Sequence record: DRR723986_2372 | Length of the DNA: 20,000 bases | Reading direction: 5' to 3' (one strand) | Shown here: piece after piece, positions 8,244 through 18,643 of the stretch | Layout of the letters: each line of letters opens with the position of its first letter | How positions within the stretch are numbered: position 1 is the first letter of the stretch | Made by a program: the position numbers and the translations under genes | The notes under the pieces: model-generated | Seen by the model: the letters and a program-made list of their open reading frames with translations, nothing else | Database searches by the model: none | Told to the model about the DNA's origin: nothing

Positions 8244-9137
8244 CTACTCGCTTCGCAACTGGGCGGCCAGCTTGGCGAACTCTTTTGCCTCATCCTTGTG
8301 GACGGTGGGATATTCCAGCTTCATTGATTCGAGGCGGGATGCGATGATGTCTGCGATGGCTGCGCGGGCGTACCATTTGTTGTCCGCAGGAATGATGAAC
8401 CAAGGTGCTTCCTTCGTACTGGTTTCTTCGAAGACCTTCTCAAAGGCCCGTTGATATTCTGGCCATAGTTTACGCTCGGACAAATCTCGCGCATTGAATT
8501 TCCAATGCTTCTCAGGTGTTTCCAATCGCTCCAGGAATCGTTCACGCTGCTCGTCACGTGAGACGTTCAAGAAAAACTTGAGCACCATCGTGCCGTTGTC
8601 GACCAGTGTTTTTTCAAAGCCGCGAATCTCTGCATAGCGCCTCGACCAGAGCTTTGCAAGAGATTGCTTCGAAGAGACGTCTACACCGGGTAGGTTCTGC
8701 GGCTCAAGGAAACTCGGGTGCACTCTGACGACTAGAAGTTCTTCATAGTACGACCGGTTGAAGATGCTAATCATGCCTCGTTCAGGCAAGCAAGGTGCGG
8801 GCCGCCAGAGGAAGTGATGTTGCAACTCGGTGTCATTGGGGGCCTTGAACGAGTAAACGCGGCAGCCTTGAGGGTTGATGCCTCCCATCACGTGCCGAAT
8901 TGTTCCATCTTTTCCGGCTGCATCCATTCCTTGAAAGATCAGCAGAAGGCTACGTTTGCCACTCGCGTAGAGAACCCGCTGAGCTTCCTTGAGGGCAGAC
9001 ACATCGGAGGCAAGAGCGTCGATGCCAGCCGACTTGTCGTCGAGTTCCTTGCCAGCTTTGGTCGACAACTTGCTTAGCTTGACCTTTGAATCAGGGACGA
9101 CACGAAAATTGCGTTCGTTGAAACGGTGTTTGGCCAT
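8244..9137 (-). CDS. ppk2: Polyphosphate kinase 2 family, single-domain, class III-like (polyphosphate:nucleotide phosphotransferase)
   Basis: Walker A GMDAAGKDG, FKAP, HHFLWR, Walker B-type FNRSYYEE, KHWKF..D..ER and APWFIIPADNKWYAR. Confidence 0.92.
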   Translation of the reverse strand: MAKHRFNERNFRVVPDSKVKLSKLSTKAGKELDDKSAGIDALASDVSALKEAQRVLYASGKRSLLLIFQGMDAAGKDGTIRHVMGGINPQGCRVYSFKAPNDTELQHHFLWRPAPCLPERGMISIFNRSYYEELLVVRVHPSFLEPQNLPGVDVSSKQSLAKLWSRRYAEIRGFEKTLVDNGTMVLKFFLNVSRDEQRERFLERLETPEKHWKFNARDLSERKLWPEYQRAFEKVFEETSTKEAPWFIIPADNKWYARAAIADIIASRLESMKLEYPTVHKDEAKEFAKLAAQLRSE

Positions 9138-9649
9138 CTAGGATATTGCCTTGCAGAAGTTCACGACGTTTAGGGGGATGACGCTGCAGGAGATAATGCC
9201 TCCGGAGTTCAATAGAATCGTTGCAGTATTCATGGATTCCTGCAACCGAATGTGGTTTCCTGAATCAAAAGTGCCCACGCAACGGCTTTGGGAACAGGTG
9301 GATAGGCCTTGGTGCTGCACGAATCACGCCAAGTTGCTGGGTATTGCTAGTTTTCTCCTAAGGGCGATAATTTAAGCCGAAGGTGGTAGTTTGGCATCGA
9401 AAGCGGCCTGGACAGAGCCGCTCGGTCCGTTCTGGCTGACGATCACACGATCACCTTCGCGATAAGGTTGCACGTGTGTAGCTTTTTCGCACCTTTGGTT
9501 TGCCCAGCCGGTTTCCTGGTCTGGAATGTTTGAGGTACTCCAAAGAGACTTATTCCTACAAGAGCCTGATGATGAGCCGCTTCCTAACGTGGGTCACACG
9601 AGCTCCCTTCATAGAAAATACGGCAGCTTGCCGAAGGAGATTTGTTTCA

Positions 9650-10666
9650 ATGGCACTGGTTCCCCTACGAGTCGTACTGGATCACGCGGCAGAAAACGAC
9701 TACGGCGTTGCTGCTTTTAACGTAAACAATATGGAGCAGATTCAGGCGATTATGGAAGCTGCCGAGGAAACGGATTCCCCGGTAATCGTCCAAGCGTCGC
9801 GTGGTGCCCGTGCTTATTCGCAAGACATCTTCCTTCGCAACCTGATGCAAGCCGCTGCGGAGTTGTACCCGCACATTCCAATCGTCATGCACCAGGACCA
9901 TGGCAATAGCGTTGAAACCTGTCTGAGCGCGATCGAACACAATTTTACGTCCGTGATGATGGACGGTTCCTTGGAAGAGGACGGCAAGACACCGGCTGAC
10001 TTTGATTACAACGTCAAAGTCACCGCCGAAGTCGTCAAGCTTGCTCATGCCAAGGGTGTCTCGGTTGAAGGCGAACTGGGTTGCCTTGGTTCACTTGAGT
10101 CCGGCGAAGGCGACCAAGAAGACGGCCACGGGGCTGTCGGCAAACTTAGCCACGACCAACTGCTGACCGATCCTGAAGAGGCGGCGCAGTTTGTTGAAAA
10201 GACCGGCGTCGACGCTCTTGCCGTTGCCATCGGTACTAGCCACGGTGCTTACAAGTTCACCCGCAAGCCCGACGGTGATGTTCTAGCGATGAGCCGAATT
10301 GAGGAAATTCACGCTCGCTTGCCCAACACACACCTGGTGATGCACGGCAGCTCTTCCGTCCCACAAGAACTGCAGGACATCATCAACAAGTATGGTGGCC
10401 AAATGAAGCAGACTTATGGTGTTCCTGTCGAAGAGATTCAGCGGGGAATCAAGAGCGGTGTTCGCAAGATTAACGTCGATACTGATTGCCGAATGGCTAT
10501 CACTGGTGCCATTCGCAAGGTAATGGTCGAAACCCCAGAGAAGTTCGACCCACGCGACTTCCTCAAACCTGCTCGTGCAGCAATGAAGGACGTTTGCGTT
10601 GCTCGCATGACCGCGTTCGGCCAAGCAGGAAACGCCAGCAAGCTACGCCAAGCGGCCGCTGTTTAG
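9650..10666 (+). CDS. fba: Fructose-bisphosphate aldolase class II
   Basis: [48 protein letters not shown] and KINVDTD. The ATG at 9650 follows AAGGAG at 9634-9639. Confidence 0.96.
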   Translation: MALVPLRVVLDHAAENDYGVAAFNVNNMEQIQAIMEAAEETDSPVIVQASRGARAYSQDIFLRNLMQAAAELYPHIPIVMHQDHGNSVETCLSAIEHNFTSVMMDGSLEEDGKTPADFDYNVKVTAEVVKLAHAKGVSVEGELGCLGSLESGEGDQEDGHGAVGKLSHDQLLTDPEEAAQFVEKTGVDALAVAIGTSHGAYKFTRKPDGDVLAMSRIEEIHARLPNTHLVMHGSSSVPQELQDIINKYGGQMKQTYGVPVEEIQRGIKSGVRKINVDTDCRMAITGAIRKVMVETPEKFDPRDFLKPARAAMKDVCVARMTAFGQAGNASKLRQAAAV

Positions 10667-10695
10667 GGCTGGTTTCAGTTACAGATTTGATAGCT

Positions 10696-10735
10696 TCCCA
10701 GCTTCAGCGAAATCGCCGAAGCTGGGATTTTTTTT
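10696..10735 (+). terminator. Rho-independent terminator of fba
   Basis: TCCCAGCTTC-AGCGAAATCGCC-GAAGCTGGGA followed by T8, about 30 bp after the fba stop. Confidence 0.85.
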
Positions 10736-10771
10736 CGCTTGCCAAACCACGTCGTGCCAGAAAGAATTGCC

Positions 10772-12862
10772 ATGACTGCCCGCCCGTTGATGCGTTTAAG
10801 TGTTCTGTTCCTGCTGGCAGTCATCGGTCGGCAATCCGGCCTGTTGGCCGATGGGCCGGAAGACAATCGGGACGATGTGGTCCGGACAATTCCGCCGCCT
10901 GGGGAAATTGAACAGACCGAAGTCTCGCGACTGCTAGAGCAATGCACGCAGGTACGCTCGCTGTGGCAAAGCACACGAGAGCAGCTATTGGCTAAAACGC
11001 CCGATCGAATGCGAGCTGGAATCTTACAGCGACTGGAGGATCTCGAACCTGAGGTTCTGGTGTTTCCACGGGCCGTTGAGTTGGCTGTTGAATTTCGCCA
11101 GTTCTACCGCGACACTGACTCGCAACGGGCTGATGAGAATCTGGCCATCGCGCGACGACGCATTGATTTGATAAAGCGTGGCGCGGAGTGGGAAGAAGTA
11201 GTTGGTATTAGCGACGGCTCCAAGCAACAACTGGTTGTCGGAGGTTTTCGGTCCGACATCGACGATTCGGTACAACCGTATGCTCTGGTCGTGCCGAGTG
11301 GACTTTTTGCCGGAGACGCTCGCCCACGGCGGTTGGACATTTGGTTCCATGGCCGCGGAGAACGCGAAAGTGAGATGCACTTTCTCGCCAAGCACGCCGT
11401 CGATGATGGGATCTACACGCCTGCAGACGGTATCGTATTGCATCCCTACGGACGCTACAGCAATGCCTTTCGCTTTGCCGGGGAGCAGGACGTCTTTGAA
11501 GCTCTGCGTTATGTGAAGAGCCGGATGCCCATCGACAGCAGTCGGATTTCTGTCCGTGGATTCTCCATGGGCGGAGCGGCCTGCTGGCAGTTTGCGACGC
11601 GGTATCCAGGGCGGTGGTTCGCGGCAAATCCTGGAGCTGGTTTTTCAGAGACGGTGCAGTTCTTGGATTTCTTCCAAGGCGAGAAGGTGCTTGAGTCTGC
11701 CCCCGATTATCAACAAGCAATGTGGAATTTGTACGACAGCCCACCAGTGGCCGTTAACCTGACCAACTGCCCAACGATTGCGTACAGCGGTGAAGTGGAT
11801 CGGCAGAAGCAGGCCGCCGACGTTATGGTCGAAGCGTGTGGTGAGGTGGGAATAGAGTTGTTGCACATCATCGGCCCTGACACTGCTCACAAAATACACC
11901 CCGACTCGCAGATTGAGATCGAAAATCGCATGTCGGCTTTGGCTCAACGCCGCCGGCAAACACCACGCCGAATAAAGTTTGCAACCTACGCGCTGCAGCA
12001 CAACGAAATGAATTGGTTCACAATCGAAGGTTTGCAACAGCATTGGAACAAAGCAACTGTGGACGCCAAGCTTGTTACAACTGACAAGCGGCTTGCGATC
12101 GACGTTTCCTTTCAGAATGTCTCAGCGTTCTCGCTTAACTTCGCGCCCGGCGAATGGCCTTTTGCCCTTGATGCTGAAGTCGCTTTGCGAGTCGACGCCG
12201 TCGGGCAGCCTTTGGTCGAGGCGGCACAATTGCGTGCGTTGTCGGATGGTTCGCTACAAGCGGACTTCTACTTTGACGGCCAACAGTGGCGGCGCGGGAA
12301 GCGTCCTGGCCTACACAAGAAACCTGGACTACAGGGCCCGATAGATGACGCGTTCAATTCAAGCTTTGTCTTCGTCCTGCCAAGCAAGAAATCGTCGCGT
12401 GCTGCCTTTCAAGCCTGGGCAGAAAATGAAGCTGAACATGCGATGCAGCATTGGCGGCAGCACTTTCGCGGCGACGTCCAAGCGATCAAGGACGTGGAAT
12501 TGGACGACGCGATAATTGCCAAGAAGAATCTTGTGTTGTTTGGCGACGCTGAATCAAATTCTGTCATTGCTCGAGTCGTGGAGAAATTGCCGCTCGATCA
12601 TTCACGGGCCGCCCAACGTTGCGGATTGTCCAAAGACGATGTAGCTCTGGCGATGATTTATCCCAACCCACTCAATCCGGAGCGGTACGTGGTGTTGAAC
12701 AGTGGCTTTACCTACCGCGAATACGATTATCTCAACAACGCTCGCCAAACTCCAAAATTACCGGACTGGGCAGCAATTGACATTCGCGTTAAACCAACGC
12801 CGCGAGGTCCAGGCAAGGTTCATGCCGCCGGCTTCTTCGATGAGCTCTGGCAATTGCCGTAG
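10772..12862 (+). CDS. Exported alpha/beta-hydrolase (S9/prolyl-oligopeptidase-like serine hydrolase) with extra N- and C-terminal domains
   Basis: Signal-like MTARPLMRLSVLFLLAVIG...LLA-DG, oxyanion segment WFHGRG, nucleophile elbow GFSMGG, candidate Asp in SGEVD and His in DTAHK. Confidence 0.8.
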   Translation: MTARPLMRLSVLFLLAVIGRQSGLLADGPEDNRDDVVRTIPPPGEIEQTEVSRLLEQCTQVRSLWQSTREQLLAKTPDRMRAGILQRLEDLEPEVLVFPRAVELAVEFRQFYRDTDSQRADENLAIARRRIDLIKRGAEWEEVVGISDGSKQQLVVGGFRSDIDDSVQPYALVVPSGLFAGDARPRRLDIWFHGRGERESEMHFLAKHAVDDGIYTPADGIVLHPYGRYSNAFRFAGEQDVFEALRYVKSRMPIDSSRISVRGFSMGGAACWQFATRYPGRWFAANPGAGFSETVQFLDFFQGEKVLESAPDYQQAMWNLYDSPPVAVNLTNCPTIAYSGEVDRQKQAADVMVEACGEVGIELLHIIGPDTAHKIHPDSQIEIENRMSALAQRRRQTPRRIKFATYALQHNEMNWFTIEGLQQHWNKATVDAKLVTTDKRLAIDVSFQNVSAFSLNFAPGEWPFALDAEVALRVDAVGQPLVEAAQLRALSDGSLQADFYFDGQQWRRGKRPGLHKKPGLQGPIDDAFNSSFVFVLPSKKSSRAAFQAWAENEAEHAMQHWRQHFRGDVQAIKDVELDDAIIAKKNLVLFGDAESNSVIARVVEKLPLDHSRAAQRCGLSKDDVALAMIYPNPLNPERYVVLNSGFTYREYDYLNNARQTPKLPDWAAIDIRVKPTPRGPGKVHAAGFFDELWQLP

Positions 12863-13225
12863 CCACACTGATCCGCAACCCTTGAGGAGCGGGTGCATCC
12901 GTGTCCTCATCCACAACGAACGGGTATTTTGATCAGCACTTCACTCGGCAGGATTCACTTGGGGTTCTACAGCAGCCACGCCACAAGAGCTGGCTAGAGT
13001 ATTTCAAGCTCTGCGGCGCATTCGAGTCGCTGGAACTCGCTCGAGTGCCTGGTTTGCTTGCTGCGCCTGGCGTTAGGGTTTCGGCTACAATTAAGGGAAT
13101 GAAGACTGCGTCCAGCTCAGGAGAAGCCTAGCTGGATCGCCTATCACTTGCACGGCCGTCGTTGGTTACGTTTGACTGGACGGCTGTGCGAATCGTTTTA
13201 CGACCATTGGTGAGAAAAGACGGCT

Positions 13226-14602
13226 ATGCTCGATTTCGTTGGCAAGGGGAAGACGCACAATTGCAACGGCACGACGCGTCGAGACTTCCTGCAAGTCGGA
13301 ACGCTCGGAGCCCTGGGCCTCGGCCTGCCTGAATTCCTTGCTGCCAAGGAAAAGGGGCTCGTTGATCCGAAGCAGGACAAGAAGTCGTGCATCCTTATCT
13401 TCAATCTTGGAGCCCCCAGTCAGCTCGACACGTTCGACATGAAGCCCGAGGCTCCGTCGGAAATACGTGGTCCGTTCAAACCAATTTCGACCAATGCGGA
13501 CGGGATTCAGATCTCAGAGATCCTGCCCGAACACGCAAAGATCGCGGACAAGATCGCCTTTGTGCGCAGTTGTTTTCATCGCGGTGCAGCGGTGCATGAT
13601 TCGGGCTGGCAGATCATGCAAACCGGACGCCTCTTTACCGGCGGTGTCGACTCTCCTCACGTTGGTAGCGCCGTCTGGTATTTGAAGGGGCCGCGGAGCG
13701 ACCTTCCACCGCACGTAGTTCTTCCCGAAACAATGGGACGCGGCGGCGGCAATTTGCCTAACGGTCAAGCGGGTGGCTTCCTGGGTAAGGCGTACGACCC
13801 CTTCGCACTCATGGCCGACCCTTCCAAGGCAAATTTCGAAGTGCCCGATCTTTTGCCTCCTGATTCGATCCCACCGGCCCGGCTAGATCGTCGCCGTCGC
13901 TTGAGGGCTGCTGTAGAAGAATCGATGACGCAATTTGAAGCGAGCGAGAGTGCTCGCATCATGAGTGAACACTTTGATACAGCGTATCGTTTGATGACCA
14001 GCCCTGCAGCTCGGGATGCGTTTGATTTGTCGAAAGAACCGAAGAAGGTGCGTGAGCGCTACGGCATGAATCGCTTTGGGCAGTGCTGCCTGCTCGCTCG
14101 ACGGCTTGTGGAGGCGGGCGTTCGGTTCGTGACGGTCAACACTTTCTTGACCGTATTCAATGAGATCACTTGGGACATTCACGGCAGTAAGCCGTTCACA
14201 TCAATCGAGGGCATGAAGAACATCGTTGCCCCTATGTACGACCAAGGGTACTCAGCACTGATAACGGATCTGGCCGACCGAGGCATGCTCGACGATACCT
14301 TAGTAACCAACCTTGCTGAGTTTGGGCGGACGCCAAAGGTTAATCCTGCTGGCGGTCGCGACCACTGGCCACAGTGTTTCACGGTCTATTTTGCCGGAGG
14401 TGGTGTGAAGGGCGGACAAGTTGTCGGAGCCAGCGATCCGATTGGGGCAGTGCCCGACGACCGTCCTACCGAGCCACCGGAAATCGTGGCCACGATTTTC
14501 AAGGCACTGGGCTTCAAGATGGATGAACACATCCCTGGCCCTGGGGGACGCCCATTCCCAATCGTCGACTCGGGCTACCGCGAAATCCACGAACTTTTCT
14601 AG
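13226..14602 (+). CDS. DUF1501 domain protein
   Basis: N-terminal TRRDFLQVG, GAPSQLDTFDMKP, RERYG..RFGQCCLLARRLVEAGVRFV, WDIH, EFGRTP and GRDHW, which are hallmark DUF1501 motifs. Confidence 0.92.
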   Translation: MLDFVGKGKTHNCNGTTRRDFLQVGTLGALGLGLPEFLAAKEKGLVDPKQDKKSCILIFNLGAPSQLDTFDMKPEAPSEIRGPFKPISTNADGIQISEILPEHAKIADKIAFVRSCFHRGAAVHDSGWQIMQTGRLFTGGVDSPHVGSAVWYLKGPRSDLPPHVVLPETMGRGGGNLPNGQAGGFLGKAYDPFALMADPSKANFEVPDLLPPDSIPPARLDRRRRLRAAVEESMTQFEASESARIMSEHFDTAYRLMTSPAARDAFDLSKEPKKVRERYGMNRFGQCCLLARRLVEAGVRFVTVNTFLTVFNEITWDIHGSKPFTSIEGMKNIVAPMYDQGYSALITDLADRGMLDDTLVTNLAEFGRTPKVNPAGGRDHWPQCFTVYFAGGGVKGGQVVGASDPIGAVPDDRPTEPPEIVATIFKALGFKMDEHIPGPGGRPFPIVDSGYREIHELF

Positions 14603-14773
14603 CCGTCGGCTCGACAGCACGCAACTGGCCAATACCCAGCTCGCAAATTGCTTAGCTCAGTGGCGGCGGATCGACGTCTGCGAGTCCTGGCATGGTGGTT
14701 GTACCTGTCCGTTGCTGAGAGATTCTTAGGTGCAGCTCTATTCACGGATCTGCACCGAAAGCAAATCATCTTA

Positions 14774-14814
14774 AGAAAAGAAAACGCCGACAAGCGATCT
14801 GCTTGCCGGCGTTT
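14774..14814 (-). terminator. Rho-independent terminator of groEL
   Basis: Minus strand AAACGCCGGCAAGC-AGATC-GCTTGTCGGCGTTT followed by TCTTTTCT, about 30 bp after the groEL stop. Confidence 0.8.
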
Positions 14815-14846
14815 AGCATTGGGTTTTGACTAGGAGCGACTACATG

Positions 14847-16523
<1,677 letters not shown>

Positions 16524-16566
16524 CTAACCTGAGCTTGCCGATTGAGAACTGACTATTCAGATCTCA

Positions 16567-16890
16567 CTATTCGAGGACAGCGAGAACTTCGCTCTCGCTC
16601 ATCAGTACGTATTCAGCGTCACCGATTTCAATGTTTTCGCCAGCGTAGCTCGTGAAGAGAACGCGGTCCCCAACCTGAACTTGCATTTCACCGCGGCTGC
16701 CATCATCGAGCAGCTTGCCGTCGCCAACGCTGACAACTGTTCCACGCGTAGGCTTATCCTGTGCACTGTCTGGCAGGAAGATTCCACCTTCGGTGACACC
16801 TTCGGATTCTTCACGCTGGACGACGATTCGGTCTCCGAGCGGCTGCAGTTTGACTTTCGATGCGGACTTTGACTTAGTAGCCGTCGCCAT
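16567..16890 (-). CDS. groES: Co-chaperonin GroES (Cpn10)
   Basis: LQPLGDRIVV, GGIFLPDSA, VVSVGDG and VGDRVLF; AGGAG RBS; directly upstream of groEL. Confidence 0.97.
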   Translation of the reverse strand: MATATKSKSASKVKLQPLGDRIVVQREESEGVTEGGIFLPDSAQDKPTRGTVVSVGDGKLLDDGSRGEMQVQVGDRVLFTSYAGENIEIGDAEYVLMSESEVLAVLE

Positions 16891-17034
16891 TTTGCGGCAC
16901 TCCTGTGCGGAAAACTTGGGATGGTTGAGTTCTGAATTCCTGGGAATTCACTTATTCCGGAAAGCTGACAGCCGCAGATTTACAGACCTGCCGCTCAGCC
17001 AAAAAGGCATACTTGTTTACGGCCCAACACGTTG

Positions 17035-17050
17035 AGCAAAAAGCGTGCCA
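17035..17050 (-). promoter_or_regulatory. Sigma-54 (RpoN) -24/-12 promoter of groES-groEL
   Basis: The minus strand reads TGGCACGCTTTTTGCT, an exact match to TGGCACG-N4-TTGCW. It lies about 145 bp upstream of the groES ATG in the correct orientation. Confidence 0.8.
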
Positions 17051-17233
17051 TATGCAAAGCGGCAGAGTACCACTTGGTTTCAATCTCGCGCCGTATGCTT
17101 TTCCTACGCTGCCCGCTCTTCGGGAAGTCCGCTCGCCTGGCCCCACTCTTCCTGCCAACTGCAGTTACATAGAGGAGACGGCAGCGAAAAGGGATTGTGA
17201 CGGAAAGCTGACTGGGAGAGCTGTGATTCGCGC

Positions 17234-17246
17234 TGCCATTGTGGCA
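17234..17246. promoter_or_regulatory. Palindrome TGCCA-N3-TGGCA, candidate enhancer-binding-protein or other regulator site
   Basis: TGCCATTGTGGCA in the divergent groES/AIM24 intergenic region, about 190 bp upstream of the sigma-54 element. Confidence 0.35.
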
Positions 17247-17399
17247 CCGGCAAGGAGAATTTTGGTAGATTGCGCTTCCAGCGCCTGACAGTTGAGTATT
17301 CCGAGCCGATCGTAATAGCGACCGATTGATAGAAGCTGTCATCTACCCGCGAAACCTACCAAACTTGCCCGAGTTCTTCAGAAAGGAATCCTTCCCAAG

Positions 17400-18092
17400 A
17401 TGTCCAACTACACAATCGAAGAGTTCATTAATTCGACTGCGCAGGACGACACCGCCCGCGACTACTTCCAGCTTGAGAGCGATCGCATGCTGGAGGTTAA
17501 CCTCAACGGGATGGTGTGGATGAAGGCGGGAGCTATGGTCGCGTACGTCGGTGGTATTAAATTCACCCGCGAAGGCCTGCTGGACAAGGGCCTTGGCTCG
17601 TTGATCAAACGCGGAGTAACTGGTGAAGGTGCCAAACTGACCAAGGCCGAAGGACAGGGGCGATTGTATCTGGCAGACTCAGGGAAGACGATCAAAATCC
17701 TGAGGCTGCAGGGCGAGTCAATTTTCGTAAACGGGAGCGACCTGCTTGCGTTTGAGCCCACCGTGGACTGGGAAATCAAAATGATGAAGAAGCTGGCGGC
17801 GGTCGTCTCCGGTGGATTCTTCAACGTTCGGCTTTCCGGTACAGGGCTAATTGCCATCACAACGCACTTCGAGCCAATTACACTGAGAGTGCGGCCGGGG
17901 CAGAGCGTACGAACCGACCCGAACGCGACCATTGCTTGGAGTGGAAACTTGCAGCCCGAATTCAAGACTGACGTGTCTCTCAAGAGCTTCTTCGGTCGCG
18001 GCTCCGGAGAATCCATTCAAATGGAATTTAACGGCGATGGCTTTGTCGTTGTTCAGCCTTATGAAGAAGTTGCGATGCAACACGACGGCTAG
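17400..18092 (+). CDS. AIM24 family protein (TRAP-like beta fold)
   Basis: KAGAMVAY, TGEG..L.KAEGQG.LYLAD, VNG.DLLAF, GGFFNV.L.GTG and SGES.QM.F.G.GFVVVQP; AAGGA RBS. Confidence 0.88.
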   Translation: MSNYTIEEFINSTAQDDTARDYFQLESDRMLEVNLNGMVWMKAGAMVAYVGGIKFTREGLLDKGLGSLIKRGVTGEGAKLTKAEGQGRLYLADSGKTIKILRLQGESIFVNGSDLLAFEPTVDWEIKMMKKLAAVVSGGFFNVRLSGTGLIAITTHFEPITLRVRPGQSVRTDPNATIAWSGNLQPEFKTDVSLKSFFGRGSGESIQMEFNGDGFVVVQPYEEVAMQHDG

Positions 18093-18216
18093 CCAACTCG
18101 GTTCAAACCTCACGACACGTTGCCCGCGGCAGCCGCTTTCCGAGACGCAGCGTCGATAGCACGACAGTTCGCAGCAGCCTCGCTACTAGGCTGCTTAAAA
18201 CTCTAGGTAAATAACA

Positions 18217-18627
18217 TTGAAGTTCACCGACCAACAACTGCGTGCGTATCTTGATGAGAGCCTGCCTGCGGACAAGATGTCTGACGTGGAACAAGCTCTT
18301 CGTGGGTCAACAGAAGTTCGCGAGCGTCTTGCGGAACTCGTCGGAATGCGCGAAGCAGGAGTGCACGCACTTGGTGACATTTGGCGACGAGGGCGTTTGA
18401 CGTGTCCAACTCGGCAGGATCTAGGCGGCTATATCCTGGGGACGCTTGATGAACACTTGGCCGACTATCTAAAGTTTCATATCGAAACGGTTGGCTGTCG
18501 ATTGTGTTCAGCGAACCTGGAAGACCTCAAATCGCAGCACCAGGGAGTTTCTGAGCAGGCTCAGTCACGCCGCCGGCGTTACTTTCAAACGTCCGCTGGC
18601 TATCTGCGCAAGTCCAGCGGTGAGTGA
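18217..18627 (+). CDS. Hypothetical soluble protein with tandem anti-sigma (zf-HC2/ZAS-like) helical modules
   Basis: TTG start after AGGT. Module 1 is QLRAYLDESL...VEQALRGSTEVRERL; module 2 is CPTRQDLGGYILGTL...HIETVGCRLC. No transmembrane segment. Confidence 0.75.
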   Translation: MKFTDQQLRAYLDESLPADKMSDVEQALRGSTEVRERLAELVGMREAGVHALGDIWRRGRLTCPTRQDLGGYILGTLDEHLADYLKFHIETVGCRLCSANLEDLKSQHQGVSEQAQSRRRRYFQTSAGYLRKSSGE

Positions 18628-18643
18628 GTTTCGCGACGCAATC

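Noticed and set aside
8244..9137. ppk2 as part of the nucleoside salvage operon
   Set aside because: It is separated from the cluster by two opposite-strand genes and a terminator, so proximity alone is not evidence.
9650..10666. CbbA-like aldolase as evidence of a Calvin cycle
   Set aside because: This class II subtype is common in heterotrophs, and no Rubisco or phosphoribulokinase gene is in the window.
14619..14648. 15-bp tandem (ACGCAACTGGCCAAT / ACCCAGCTCGCAAAT), both encoding TQLAN with only third-position differences, in ORF 14421..14729
   Set aside because: Only two short copies, noticed through the translation (selection bias). The ORF overlaps DUF1501 out of frame and has no other coding signal.
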